DNA of 47,364 nt from Mesotaenium endlicherianum (Eukaryota), in NCBI GenBank assembly GCA_009602735.1, contig WELA01003606.1, forward strand, positions 391,653-439,016, read 5' to 3'. Under the pieces are notes generated by a model. The model saw only the letters and a program-made list of their open reading frames with translations, did no database searches and was not told where the DNA came from. Each line of letters opens with the position of its first letter. The stretch's first letter is position 1. Position numbers and translations under genes: made by a program. Below, in pieces: positions 1 to 12,540 of the stretch.

Positions 1-700
1 CGTGGCGGTCGATGAGGGGGACTACGGCCCTCTCCCTCAGACGCGGCTCGACGGCGCGCAAGAAGATCTCCGCGGCCTCCCGATCAGTGACAGTGCCGAC
101 ATCGCGGCAGAGGTGCACCAAGCGGCGGTACATCATGCGGATAGTCTCGTTCTTGCGTCGGAAGAAATGGTGCAGCTCGTACACCTTCTCTTCAGTTGCA
201 GCCTGGAACTCCGTCTTCAGGATGTTCCAGAAGGCTTGCACTGGATCAGCTAGCAGGGTTGCCACTGGTGGGTCCCCCACAAGCTCAGTGCGAGTCCGGA
301 GCTCGGCCTCCTTCTCACGGAAGGTGTCGCGGGCCTCGTGCGAGAGGTAGCGCATAAGCGTGTCGAAGACGTCGCGCTTAGTCAATGTGGGTGTCTTGAG
401 CTTTGCAGCCGCAAAGTCAGCCTGAAACTCTGAGATGGTATCTTCCAGATCACAGGTGCCTGGCCTACCGCTGAAGCGGTAGGCAGACCTGTCAGTCCTG
501 ACCTCGTGGTCACCTGCCATGGGATACCAGAAATTGTAGTGAGCCCACTGAGGAGATGGCTCAGAAGTAACTGCTGTGTGCTGGAGAGCCGGTTGCTCTT
601 CCTCGGCGGGTTCAGTGATAGTGCTGAGATCTGAGTCTGAGTCTTCTCCACTAACCCCTTCGTAGTATGGCTGATAAGAAAGCCCACTACGGGTAGGCAT
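1..700 (-). CDS. Gag-like ORF of family S copy 1 (partial, runs off window)
   Basis: ATG at 698-700 (- strand); near-identical to MPTRSGLSYQPYYEG... at 25948. Confidence 0.75.
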   Translation of the reverse strand, partial: MPTRSGLSYQPYYEGVSGEDSDSDLSTITEPAEEEQPALQHTAVTSEPSPQWAHYNFWYPMAGDHEVRTDRSAYRFSGRPGTCDLEDTISEFQADFAAAKLKTPTLTKRDVFDTLMRYLSHEARDTFREKEAELRTRTELVGDPPVATLLADPVQAFWNILKTEFQAATEEKVYELHHFFRRKNETIRMMYRRLVHLCRDVGTVTDREAAEIFLRAVEPRLRERAVVPLIDRH

Positions 701-748
701 ACGCTCAAGGTTCTAATTGCTTGCAGGCAAAAAGAGATCTTTTAGAAG

Positions 749-2656
749 TAAGGGAAGTGTACTCTCCAGAGTGAGCACCTCAAGATTGTAATCTGGTAGG
801 AAAACAACTAATGAAGTATGGCCTAAAAGATCACTGGAAGCACATCATGATCTTCAGAGTAGTCCTACGGCAAGGGTGTTACGTTTTTGCTTTTCGAGAG
901 GATCTTTCCTCGGTATTCAAGGAATATTTAATTCAAGTGGAAGGAAAATCTGTATAATTGTGCAAATCGACGAATACTCGAAAGAGCGAAAATGTAAACT
1001 AACGTAGAATGTGTGCTTGTGAGAGTTGCACTCACAATGACTCTTGCAAGTATATATACTTGCAAATCTTGAGGCACTGGAGTGCTTCGAGTCACCACCT
1101 AGGGCACAGGTTCATGTTCAACGAAAACGGACGAAAGGTTACAAAACCGTTCGGCCGAATGCTCCAAACGAGCCGTTTGGACGTTTGGAGACTTTTCGAC
1201 GGTTTTCCGAAATAACCGTTTCACGCCAAAGGGGCGTATTCGCGTTCACGCGACTTTTGAAAAGTCGCGATGGTTCGCGGAGTTGCGTACAGGTACTTTC
1301 GCCATGAACCGGTAGTTACGAATAACTACTTCGCCAATTGGTTAGGTGTGAACGTTTCAAACGACGAGACGCGGATTCAAATCCGCTCGGAGGCAAAGTC
1401 GCTTTGCATATTAATTGTTGTTTGAATTTTACGTCGCTTTCTTCGTATTAACGACTGGTCGTGAATGCGAAGTTTGTGACTGTGCATTATCCGAAATAAT
1501 GACAATCAAATAAACTTAATCAATCCGTGATTTATTAAGTTATCATCTCATAATTAATCAAAGTAACTTTATGAATAATGATGTCGTACTTTTGCGAAGT
1601 AGTTGAGTTACGTTACGACGCTTTTTGCAATAGTATCTTGGTCGTTTCGCCAATCGACCAGGAATTAATCGACACACACGTGTGACAAATAATTGAATGT
1701 GATGCAATCATTTATCAAATAATATGATAAAAAGTATAACGTACTTTAGGTAATTGGGAAAACGTCCCAAATACGCCTAAAATAGCTCGGATCGTTACAA
1801 AGGGCTTAAGCTGTGACTTTGCTCACCACTTGTGAAGTTCTTCAAGTGACTGGAAGCCTGGAGGGCTTGCTCTTCACAAGAGAGTAACTCAGTGGTCCTG
1901 AAAACACAAGAGATAAAAGTATAAATTTTACTGATAATCTCTGTTACTTACACCTGGCATAATGGACTTCTAAAAGATGTCTCTTCTAGGGACATCTCTA
2001 GTATTTATACTCCTGGAAATCCGGCGGGGTACGCGGCGGATCCAATGCATGTAGTCACTCTAGGAGGCTCTCCTGTGTCCACTAATGTGTTCAAGGCATG
2101 TACCAGCACTCCTATAGGCTAAGCATAACTCAAACCAATCAAAGCAAGGTGCGTAGCATATGCTACGTGTCCCTCATTGGCCGAGCTTACCTTGGGTGAT
2201 TCTACCTAGATAGCGCCTCAAAAGTGGATCTGAAGGAGTAGGTGATGCAGTCACCAAGTTATAGCCTCAATGATGCACATATACTATGGAAATGCAAAGC
2301 TTATGTAGGCTAAGGGGCTCGCAAATTTGTACGCACAAGCTAGGGGTTTTAACGGGTCACGAATAGGCAAGAATGTGCACATTGAAACACAAATTGCCCT
2401 TTGGTGAGGATCCGCTAGGGGCCGGTAGGTGACGCGGACTAGATCGCTCATATCGCGCGCGATACATGACCACATGACGCAAACCCGGTGCCATTCGGAA
2501 GGTGACTCGACGCGCTACACTTTGGTGACTTGGAGATTGAGAAAAGGTCAACGTATGGATGCGTAAAGTCTATGCAAAGTTGGCCTTCCTAGGTTGATGG
2601 TTCACACATGTGGAGCTCGGTTTCGTGCGGCAACCTCGACTCAATAAATCATGACA
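749..2656 (-). repeat. Repeat A of family S copy 1 (interrupted by family E insert)
   Basis: Homologous to 24899-25899 and 36542-37500 with several indels; TATAAATA at 2002-2009 (- strand). Confidence 0.9.
877..1799 (-). mobile_element. Family E solo LTR-like insert, copy 1
   Basis: TG...CA ends (TGTTACG/CGTTACA); 5-bp TSD AAGGG (872-876, 1800-1804). The empty site has a single AAGGG in the other A copies. Homologous (inverted) to 16005-16918. Confidence 0.9.
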
Positions 2657-4198
2657 CCTGCTACGAAAGCAGCTAGTGACGACTCACTATCTCTAGCATC
2701 CTCACAGTCAGTAGATTGGATTACTGACTGTTGCTGTCTTTTAAAGGCTGGTCTTGTCTCTCGACTTTTGGGAGGTGCTTGTCTGGACACTGCTCTCTGA
2801 AGTGACCTAGCTGCTGGCAATGGAAGCAAATCGATTTGCTGAGGCTGGTCTCGGCTTAGTCCTACCACCACCTCTTCCATAGCCGCCTCGAGGAAAACCG
2901 CCTCTACCTCTAGACTGTATGGCATTATACTCATTCTCATATCCATCACCCTGATCATCCTCAGCCTGGTCTCCTTCAATTGCATTGTAGGAACCGTGGG
3001 GCGTTTTGTCAATCTTAGACACCAAAGCATTACTCTGGCGCTTGTGATTGAACTGCTGCTGATCCCAGGCATCAGCATCCTGGATCAAGTCAGCCAGTTT
3101 CTCATACTTCTTCTCAGCGAAATGACCAAAGACTTCGGATTTCAAGCCATACCTGAAGTATGCTATCCTATACCGTTCTGGCAAGTCTGGCTGCTTCATC
3201 ATGTTCTCCAGGAACTTTTGAGCAAACTCAACAATTGAAGTGGTCGGCTTCAATGTCAGGGAGATCATCGCAAAGATAGCTTTCTCCTGCTGGTTGATGA
3301 CATCAAACTTCTCATGCAACTTATCGACAAATTCTACCCACGTAGGGTCACCGAGTTGCCGAGCCTTACGCTCTCCTTTCCATTAAAGCCACCAGTCTGC
3401 GGCACTGCCTTTTAGTAGCGCACCGGTGTGCCTGACCTTCTTGTAATCTTGTAGTTCTGGGTAGTTCTCCAGCCACTGCTCAACATCCGCGAGAAACTTG
3501 ATCAGGTAATATTTCCTGTTTCCCTCAGGATCATATTCTAGGGGAGGTTTCGGCTTGGGCTTACTAGGCCCTCGGCCACCACCACGAGTGGTTTGAGAAC
3601 CCAGTTGGTCTTTGTCCCGCAGCAAAGACATTATGATTCTTTTGTCCTCCTGTTGGGACTGATACATGGTCGCCATTTGCGACTGCATTTGAACGAACAA
3701 TGCTCCCAAGTCTACACTCTGGGGTGGTAGTCTAGCAAATGCAGCAGCAGCATTGGCATCTACTCGCTGAGTAGTGTCCTCAACAGTCCCTCTCGCTCCT
3801 GCAGCAGCAATTCCTGCCGCATTCAGCCGGTCACGTATCTGACCCAGGGGTACATTGTGTTGTACAGCAGGAGGTGGGTTCGGAACATTGGCCCTTGATG
3901 CCATAAGTTCTTCAACAGTGCGCTCATCAGCTGGCTGTCCTTCCCTCCTTCCTCTATCTTCAGCGGCCTTTGCTAACTGTTCAGCTTCTAATCTGGCTCT
4001 CTCCTCCTCAGCTTGCTGTGCTGCGACTGCGGCAATGGCAGTTGCCTCATCTGCAGCCTCTCTAGCTGCAGTATCTGCCACTGCTTCAGAATAGGTACGG
4101 GTTCCCGCTACATCGCTTTCCGCCTGGTTTTCAACATTCTCGTTATTCTGGTTCTCCATGTCTCGGGAGTTGCTAGTTTGAGACCTCGTCCTTACCAT
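2657..4198 (-). pseudogene. Gag of family C copy 1 (internal stop, frameshift)
   Basis: ORFs 3383-4198 and 2807-3319 are in frame (retrotransposon gag motif LLKGSAADWW); zinc knuckle CFHCQQLGHFREQC lies in a shifted frame near 2790-2835. Confidence 0.85.
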
Positions 4199-4219
4199 AC
4201 AAAGAAGACTGTGATAACT

Positions 4220-4231
4220 GCTCCGATACCA
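4220..4231 (-). promoter_or_regulatory. Primer-binding site (tRNA-iMet type)
   Basis: TGGTATCGGAGC 1 nt after the LTR end; canonical is TGGTATCAGAGC. Confidence 0.85.
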
Positions 4232-4232
4232 C

Positions 4233-4452
4233 TGAAATGAATCGACTTACCAAATAGGCGATTAATAATTAATAAAGATCTTTATATCAGCAAGTAATCT
4301 TTATGGTATTTTTCGTAAACTGGTTCAACGGCAAAGGACAACACTCTAGCAGTGAATAATACTTCGTAAGTCAAATGCGAGTAAACTAGCATCAATAATG
4401 CAAATCAGTAAACTCATACATAAGCAAGGTTGGAAGACAGTGCGTATCAATG
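4233..4452 (-). repeat. Partial 5' LTR of family C copy 1
   Basis: Matches the 3' ~220 bp of the LTR at 20981-21697. Confidence 0.88.
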
Positions 4453-4498
4453 TGTAATGAATCAGTATATTAGTTGATATAATATTCATTTAAATATA

Positions 4499-7400
4499 AT
4501 GTTCTGTCTGCTGCTAAGAGAGGTACCTCCTCAACCTGAAGAAGTGGTTGAGAAAAAGGTAAGCCCTCCGAAGCACCCTACTGGTGCAAAAATTGTTGCT
4601 CAGTACACGGATGTATTTAATATGCCTCCAGGACTACCCCTTAAGAGGAAAGTAGATCATAAGATTGATTTATTACCTGGTAGTCAACCACCCTGGCAAC
4701 GCACTTATGGCTTGTCATATGTGGAGAGCGAGGAGTTGAAAACACAGATTGCAGAGCTTGAGGAAAATGGTTATATTTCTCCCAGTAAATCACCGTACGG
4801 CGCACCCATCCTATTTGTTAAGAAAAAGGATGGCAGTATGCGGATGAGTGTGGATTACAGGGCCCTGAACAGAATTACAATAAAGAACAAGTATGCCATA
4901 CCCAGAATCGAGGACTTGCTTGATACCCTGTCTGGTGCTAAGGTGTTCAGTAAGATAGATCTCAAGAGTGGTTATCATCAAATCAGAATTGCTGAGGGGG
5001 ATGAACACAAGACTGCCTTCCGCAGACGTTATGGACACTATGAGTTCAACGTGATGCCATTTGGACTGACTAATGCTCCTGCTACCTTCATGGGTGCTAT
5101 GAATGACATTTTCAGACCTTATTTAGATAAGTTTGTGCAAGGTTTCCTGGATGATATTTTAATTTTCTCTAATGATGAAGCTCAGCACGCTGAACACTTA
5201 AAGACAGTCCTGGACACTCTAAGAAAAAATTACTTATATGCTAAAATGAGCAAGTGTGATTTCTTTAAAGAAATTATTGAATTCTTAGGCCACGTTGTCA
5301 GTAAAGACGGCATCAGTGTGGATCCTAAGAAAGTCCAGACCATAAGGGACTGGCCAGTACCACAGTCTGTCTCTGAAGTTAGATCCTTCCTCGGGTTGGC
5401 TGACTACTATAGGAGATTTATTGAGAATTATTCCGCAAAGGCCAGATTATTGACTGACCTTACTAAAAAGGACATAGGAAATGTTTGGGAGGAAGAGCAG
5501 CAGGCTGCCTTCCAGACCCTTAAAGATGCCCTTTGTTCTGCCCCAGTGCTAGCCGTGTATGACCCCAGCAAACCGGTGCAGGTGGTTACTGATGCCTCTG
5601 ACTTTGCCATGGGTGCTATTTTGTTGCAGCCTGCTGACAAAACCACAAAGGATGGTAAGGTACGGCAGGAGTGGCATCCTGTGTTGTATGAGTCTATGAA
5701 ATTTAATCCAGCGGAGATTAATTACTCAGTGCATGATAAAGAGCTGCTAGCTATCATTCATGTACTCAAACAGTGGAGAGCATACTTACATGGTAAAGCT
5801 TTTAAGGTGATTACAGATCATCTAGCTCTGACCCACTTTCAGAAGAAGTCCAAGCTGTCGAGGAGGGAGAACCGCTGGAGCCAGATGCTGGAGCAGTTCC
5901 AAGTCCAGATCGACTACAAACCAGGGAAGTTGAATCCTGCTGATGCACTCTCTAGAAGACCTGACTTGCAAGAAAGGAACTTTAGTCAGCATGCTGTAGA
6001 TAAAGTCCTGTGTGCACTCACTTCACTAAAGGTGAAAAAGTCCTTCCTTGAACAACTTAGGAAAGCCTACCTTTCTGACCCAACATTTGAGCCCAGCCCC
6101 ACTACTGGTATGTGTCGTGCTACCGCACTCGGGTATAAGCTCAAGGGAGGGGTCTGGGTGACGGAAACCACTTCAGGGAGGCTGAAGCTAGTCATTCCTA
6201 ATAATTTGGAAATAAGGTCTCTCTTACTGAGTCAAGCTCATGACAGTCTCCTGGGTGGACATTTGGGGCAGGCCAAAACTGTTGGCAAACTGGCAAAACA
6301 TTATCATTGGGAGGGGTTACCCCGGGAGGTCTTGAAATATGTCAAGTCCTGTGACCAGTGTCAGAGAAATAAGTCTCGGCACACTCCACCCGGAGGTCTC
6401 TTGCAACCGCTGCCCATCCCAGCTGGACGCTGGGAAACTATATCCATGGACTGGGTGGTCTCACTACCAAGAACTGCCAATGGGCATGATTCCATACAGG
6501 TAGTCGTGGATAAACTGACAAAAATGGTCATTTTTATCCCCACAACTGTCAAAGTAACTGCACTCGAAACAGCGAGACTGTTCTACAACCGTGTAGTATG
6601 CCAACATGGGCTCCCTTCTAATATCATCTCAGACAGAGACTCGAAATTCACCTCTTAGTTCTGGAGAGCTTTAATGGGGTTAATGGGAGTCCAACAGCTT
6701 CTCAGCACAGCAAACCACCCTCAGACTGATGGGCAGACTGAAAGAACTAACCGAGTTCTGCAGGAGGTGCTGAGAGCATATATTAACCAAAAACAAGATA
6801 ATTGGGATGACCTGTTGCCTCAAATTCAGTTTGCGGTCAACAGTGCGGTGCACGCGTCAACGGGCAAGACTCCGTTTGAACTCAGCCTGGGTAGAGTCCC
6901 TAAGCCTCCTTTAGATGTACTGGGGGATTCTTTAATTGACCCTGAAGGGATTGGCAACCCGCTCTCCCTCCAGTTAACTCAGGAGTTTTCTGACACCCTG
7001 TCCAAAGTCCAACAAAACCTGCACAAAGCCCAAGAAAACCAACAAAATACGTTAATCAACACCGTCAAGAGCTGACATTTTCTAAGGGCGATTTAGTCAA
7101 ACTGCATTCTTAGCACCTGTACCTCCCTGGTGTGGTCAAGAAAAAGCTGGGCCCTGTCTGGGTCGGTCCATATTCGGTGGTACGTCGTGTCGGTCAGAAT
7201 GCTTACAAACTGAACATGTCAGCTGACTACAAGAGTCACCCGGTCTTCAATGTCTCCTTCCTGGAACCATACATCAAAGGTGATGCACTGTTCACAGGTC
7301 GGTTACCTGTCCAACCGGGACCAATCCCCGCTGTCAGGGACGGCGACTCTGACAAATATGAGGTTGAGGAGGTTTTAGACGCGCGCTCGGTCCGCCGATC

Positions 7401-7542
7401 GTCTAAATATGTCATGAAATACCTCATTCAATGGAAGGGTTACGATGCCTCTGGGGACACTTGGGAATTTAAGGACCATTTGACCAATGCCAAAGAAGCG
7501 TTGAAACGGTTTCACCTTTGGGCCGCTGGAGCCCCTTCATAA
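4499..7542 (+). pseudogene. Ty3/Gypsy pol: RT - RNase H - integrase - chromodomain
   Basis: RT motifs ([32 protein letters not shown]), RNase H (TDASD...ELLAI...TDH), integrase (H-H-C-C, SMDW, SDRD, QTER, GPY), chromodomain YEVEEVLD...YLIQWKGY...TWE; a few stops/frameshifts. Confidence 0.95.
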
Positions 7543-7807
7543 CTGTCATTTCAGTTGAAACGAAAATGTGACAGGCGGTCTTGTCTCCATTTAAGTTGGA
7601 GGGGAAAATATATGACAGTTAGTGAGCGAGCGCGATAAAGGGACAGTTACGTGAATCCTAAGTGTCAGCATAGTGACAGAGGGGACAGCCTGGCCCACAT
7701 GAAGCACCTTGAGCGGAAGGAAGGAACTTAACTCACCCTCAAACACATTCATATGTTTATGTTTAGCGCACCGCAACTACGTCAACTTTTAGCAATCACT
7801 TTGTAAG

Positions 7808-7909
7808 GTAAACAGGAGCGAATCCACTATACTAATAATAACATACTTCCTGCAATCCCTATGACAAAGGTCCACATCCTACTAACTTGTGCCCTGGTTA
7901 CATGTACAG
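7808..7909 (+). other. Putative intron directly upstream of the extra ORF
   Basis: AAG|GTAAAC donor, TACTAAC branch point (7880-7886), CAG|G acceptor just before ATG 7911; same signals at 18964-19070. Confidence 0.65.
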
Positions 7910-7910
7910 G

Positions 7911-9173
7911 ATGGCTCCCACCACACAAAAGGAGGACAGAAAGCGCAAGGCAGAAGAAGCCAGGAGGACAATGGAGCAATACCAGAAGGAGCTGGCGGCG
8001 ACGTCCCTCACCAGGAGAGAACAAGAGAGGGTCCGCAGACAACAAGAGGCGGCAGAAGAGGCACAAAGGAAGAAGGATCAGAAAGCGAAAAACCTCAGGA
8101 AAGCTGAGGAGGCGAGAAGGAAGAAACAACAAGAAGAAGCGGTAGCGGTAGAGGAGGAGAAAAGGAAAAAGATGGAAGCGGACAAACAGAAGAGCTTGGC
8201 CACTTACAGGTATACTGTGGTGGGTGGCCAAAACTTCGATAACCTGAAAGAAGCATTGTTGGCAGCCCAGGAGATCAACAAGCTGGAACAGACAACACTG
8301 CTACAGAGGGAAGGAGCTGCAGCACTGGATAGGTACACCGAGACACACACTGGTGTGGTCCTTTACGAAGATTATGCTAAGATGGTGGGCTATACGGCAG
8401 AGCAGGCCCGGTACCTTGCAGATGACTCAGAAGACAAGCCGGTCTCCATACCAGGAATAGTGGGAGATCAGAGACTCATCCGGATGGTGAGCATGCGGCC
8501 CGATAGCTTTAAGGATACGGTATTCTACCTCACACTACTGCCAGCTTACAATGAAGTAGAGAGAAGGAGCTAGGAGTACTTGGCCAGGGAAGCAGGACAG
8601 CAGATGTTCTCTCCCCACTGGTTCCCGTGTAAACTGAGGAAGGCTGAGCACGGACCCCAGTACTACCAGCAGCCAACAGACTGGAGGTGGATGACCGTCA
8701 CAAATAAGAAGCAGGAGTGTGATCGAGCCCAACCGGATGACTTCCACTATGGCCTAGACGGCTATCTCATCCTACCACCTCACATTGCCCCTTGGGATCC
8801 CAGGCTGAATGGATGCCTGAGCAATATGAATGCAGAGACCAAGGAGCATAGGAGGAGGGGAAGAGACTACTTCTCTAAGGGAAAGCATGCCTTTGTCAAA
8901 TGGGCAAAGAATGCAGGCCGGATAGATATCAGCAGGCTGAAGGCCAAGCAACCTCCAGCGCGCCCTAAGAAAGGGAGGTCGGTAGACTACTCCATGTCTA
9001 CTAGGGAGCAGGACGACTTAGTGGACGAGACCCCTACTCTCTCCGAGGAGGAGGATGAGGAGGATNAAACGATGAAGAAGAAGAACAAGGCAGAGGAGAA
9101 GCATCAGCAGCTGGTACTCAGGATACCCAGGGGCAGGCAGGGGTCTTTATCGAGGGGCCTGAATCTTTATTAA
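7911..9173 (+). pseudogene. Family C extra ORF downstream of pol (unknown function), copy 2
   Basis: ORFs 7887-8573 and 8580-9173 are in frame, split by TAG where the other copy has TGG; highly similar to the 19072-20274 protein. Confidence 0.8.
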
Positions 9174-9282
9174 TTGTTAATCGCCTATTGGGTAAGTCGA
9201 TTCATTTCACTAACCTTCTTATTTTATACACGACTTTTCTTAATAAAGTGATTCTTTTCCACTCCTCTCTCATGTAGCCCTT

Positions 9283-11443
9283 CTACTCTTGCAAGGGTGG
9301 CATACCACCAAGCCTCTCCACCTTGTGTATGCAAGTCCTCGTGCACGCTTCCACTCGCGGGTGAGGGTGCGTGAGTGTGTATGGGCGCACTCCCTGCACC
9401 CTTCCCCCTTTCACCTTACAATACTCATACTTGGCATTAGGAATCCTACTAGAAAAGTGCCTATGGATAAATCGACCTTCATAAGAGGGTTGAGCTGAGG
9501 TAGTTCTTGTTGCCACCCTAGAGGGGCCAGCCTCGTTGGGATGCTGAAATGAACACATTTCATCCATGACTTCTAAGTAAGTCTCAAACCTATCTGCAGT
9601 ATTATTGTCCATCTTTATCATAATGAAAATATTCGCAATCAACCCATCCCATATGCCCCAATATGCTTGATGCCACCACTTCCTATTCACCAATACTCTC
9701 TCAACACCATAGTTCCTCTTTAGACACAAAGAATCAACCTGGTCTACAGCGTCCTTGTACAAGTTGTAATGCTCAACAACTTTAGGAGCAGGAAGCATAC
9801 GCCTAAGTTTACCATCTCTCCTGCTCTGTGTTGTAGGGGCTAATCCTGCAGTTGTAGAAAGAAAAGCACAAGATTTCTTGTCCTGCCACGTGCATGCTAT
9901 CATAGGAGGATTTTCACATATGACAGCCTTCCAATGACCCTTAGGATGACTGTTAGGCTTCATCCACACCTCCTCAGCCGGGAAATTCTTTCTATTAGTA
10001 ATGACTGTGCCTGTAGCACCATGACCAAGTCTAGGTAACTGTTGAGAAAAGTTAGGAGATGTGATTCCTCTATCACAATAAGAGTGAATAATCTACCAAC
10101 AGGAAGCATTGCTACAAGGTCTAGAACCTCATCACTCTTCAAGCCATCTCTTTCCACTCTATCATATATGATGAATGCATAACAAAATTATTTGATAGCA
10201 TCACACACAGTAAAGGATTCAATACCATACTTGTAAGGCTTGCTCGAGTTATATATTCTAATAGGACACTGCCTATTCCTAATTGGAATGGTCCTCTCAT
10301 TAACAGTCAAAGTTGCTCCTGGACTATAGTACTTCTTGAAGGTGCTCATGAGAAGGTCAGTGAATGGTTTCAATTGCCACAGTTTGTACTCTCTAGAGGT
10401 TGTAGGAAAGCACTTTCTATTCTTATTATCCTTCACATGGAAGTACCGTCTATTGTCTTTGAATCTATTTCTAGACATGAACCGGCCGAAGCTAGGAAGA
10501 GTAATGGGCCCTTTCACTAAGCACTTCCAATAGCACTTGAGACTAGGAAGAGCATGCAGGCCCATACCCATGCACAAACCATGAAAAATAACAAACTCAG
10601 TGGTAGTACGAGGCACCCAACCTCTAGCACCATGTACTGCAGCATATGGATTTGTCTCTCTTGCTAATTCCTCAGAAAAGCAAATGGGCATGAACAGACA
10701 AAGAACACCAAAGGGGAACAAGCCTCTAAAGGTCTTGTCTGCTATGCCTGTGAGACCATGATGATGGTCTGTAGAACGCTTCAGCAACATGTCGCTGTAG
10801 GTCTCACCGAGTGCTGGCAGCTTCCAGTTCCACTCATCTGGTTGAGAATCTCCAATTGCCTCCGTGTCTTCTACCAAGCCTAGGGGCAATACGTGCTCCT
10901 CCTCTTCTTTGGAGCTGCTGCTGTTCTCTTCATTGGCACTGGCACCATCAAAATCAGAATCCAAGACCTTAGACTTGCCCTTCTCTAGCCTATTTGCTGC
11001 CACCTGCCCTTTTCTGAACTTGCTCCTCCCGGCAGGAGCAGCTATCTTATTAGTCTTGAATGGGCGGCCTCTCTTTCTCTTGTCGGCTTGAGAAGAAGGC
11101 TGAGTATCAGACTCAATGTTTGTTTTGGGAAGGTTGGTCAAAGTCAAGCAAAGTAGGCTCCAGTGGCTGGTCTACAGCAGGTTGTGCAGACTGTGAAGTT
11201 TGCACTTTGGCCGGTCTCTCCTTGAACACTCTAGGCACAAGCACTTCATCAAATTAATCAAATGGCCTCAAGTGGGCCTCTACGAAGTCTGCAGTGAACG
11301 TTATCTTCTTACAATCAAACGCGAACAAGACTTCATAGAGCAACTCTCCCTTCTTTCCCTCTTTCTTCTTCACGACCTCTCCTCTCAACACGAACTTCTC
11401 GCAATTATCCTCAAACTGCTCATATGCCCAACGACGACCAAAG
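9283..11443 (-). pseudogene. piggyBac-family (DDE_Tnp_1_7-like) transposase
   Basis: Motifs MSRNRF, LTVNER (VDE with D>N), KPYKYGI, CDRG (~10070), W.DKK...LST, YN..K.AVD..D, KWW; frameshifted; N-terminal KRGRP AT-hook-like motif. Confidence 0.88.
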
Positions 11444-12154
11444 TGAAATGAATCGACTTACCAAATAACAATTAATGAAGATCTTTATATCAGCAAGTAA
11501 TCTTTATGGTATTTTCTGTTGATTGATTAAACAGCAAAAAGACAACACACTAGCAATGGACAATACTCGTTAGTCAAATGGAAGTAAACTAACCTCAATA
11601 ATGCAATCAGTAAACTCACACATAAGCAAGGCTAGGAGACAGTGCATATCAATGGCTTCTAGCCTTGGATTCAGATCTCTTTCAGTAAGCTGTACGAGAG
11701 AGTTGGCCTTGTTTTCGAATGCCAAACTCAAGGGCAATACCCAGCATATGTACATGGAATGAGTTTACTGTTCAACGGCAAGTGCGATGGCACCGCCTAC
11801 CTGGGAGTTAACCACGTTGGTAGGACCTCGGTTAACCAAATCCACCGCCATCTCCCATCATCCCGAATCGCCATCCATCCTAAGGATGTCATCTGGCCAT
11901 TCATCTAGCACACCACACCTAGATGCATATCTAGGCAATTTGCTGCTACCAAGTACGGAAGGCAACTGGCTGTCAAAAAATGTGTCAGCAAGCTGACCTA
12001 GTAGACTTCAGCCTGCTGCTCCCGGCTGAGTCATTAAACTAATAATTATATAAAGTCTAGCTGACTCAATACTAACTAAAGTTCAGCAGGCTGAACTTAT
12101 TTAACTATTATATTTAAATGAATATTATATCTACCAACATACACATTCATTACA
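11444..12154 (-). mobile_element. Family C solo LTR
   Basis: Full LTR TGTAATGAAT...ATTCATTTCA (- strand); TSD CAAAG at 11439-11443 and 12155-12159. Confidence 0.93.
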
Positions 12155-12540
12155 CAAAGAAAACAGTAAATATGTAGATAAGCAGTCCTAGGAAGTGACC
12201 CTGAGAATTTTCTCCGGCAGCCATGGCGGATGAAGTAAGAACTTCAACGAAGAAGAAGACTGTCTTGTTGCTAATTCTCGCGAATGTGCTTCATTCGCAA
12301 TGTCAATTTCAAGATTTGCCAGTACTTTAAATGTTACAGTTTGAGTTGTAACTTCGTCCGAATTCGCCGGATTCAGTCGTCGATTTAATCGCAGATTCTG
12401 TGGCACATGTGTGATCGTTTAAGACAATTTTTTTTTAAAATGGACAAATATGCAGAAAATGGTAGTCGAAACCAGCAAGGTCTCTAAATACAACCAAATA
12501 TGTCATATGCACCCTATAAGGTGCACCGGGCCATCTAGTG

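Larger units (their letters stand above)
1..2656 (-). mobile_element. Family S (split-repeat DNMT-Gypsy) copy 1, 5' part; continues beyond window start
   Basis: Reverse complement of ~24899-26648 (repeat A + gag start). Terminus CATGACA at 2650-2656 (= TGTCATG on - strand) abuts family C gag-pol sequence, so it is inserted into family C copy 1. Confidence 0.92.
2657..4452 (-). mobile_element. Family C chromovirus-type Ty3/Gypsy copy 1 (partial 5' LTR + PBS + gag)
   Basis: LTR end ATTCATTTCA at 4233 (- strand), PBS, gag homologous to 13239-14610; cut on the left by family S and on the right by family C copy 2. Confidence 0.9.
4453..9209 (+). mobile_element. Family C copy 2, internally deleted/chimeric
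   Basis: First 48 bp of LTR (TGTAATGAAT...) fused to pol at ~4500; last ~47 bp of LTR (...ATTCATTTCA) at 9163-9209; flanks CAATG/CTAAC do not match. Confidence 0.85.
9210..12540 (-). mobile_element. piggyBac-like DNA transposon, decayed, one end missing
   Basis: Transposase remnants; - strand terminus TTAA|CACTAGATGG at 12540 with TTAA at 12541-12544 inside a family C LTR; other end not found. Confidence 0.75.

Noticed and set aside
12508..12540. Helitron 3' end (hairpin + CTAG)
   Set aside because: Better explained as the piggyBac terminus: it is followed by GTG|TTAA and lies upstream of a piggyBac transposase; no Helitron 5' end or RepHel was found.
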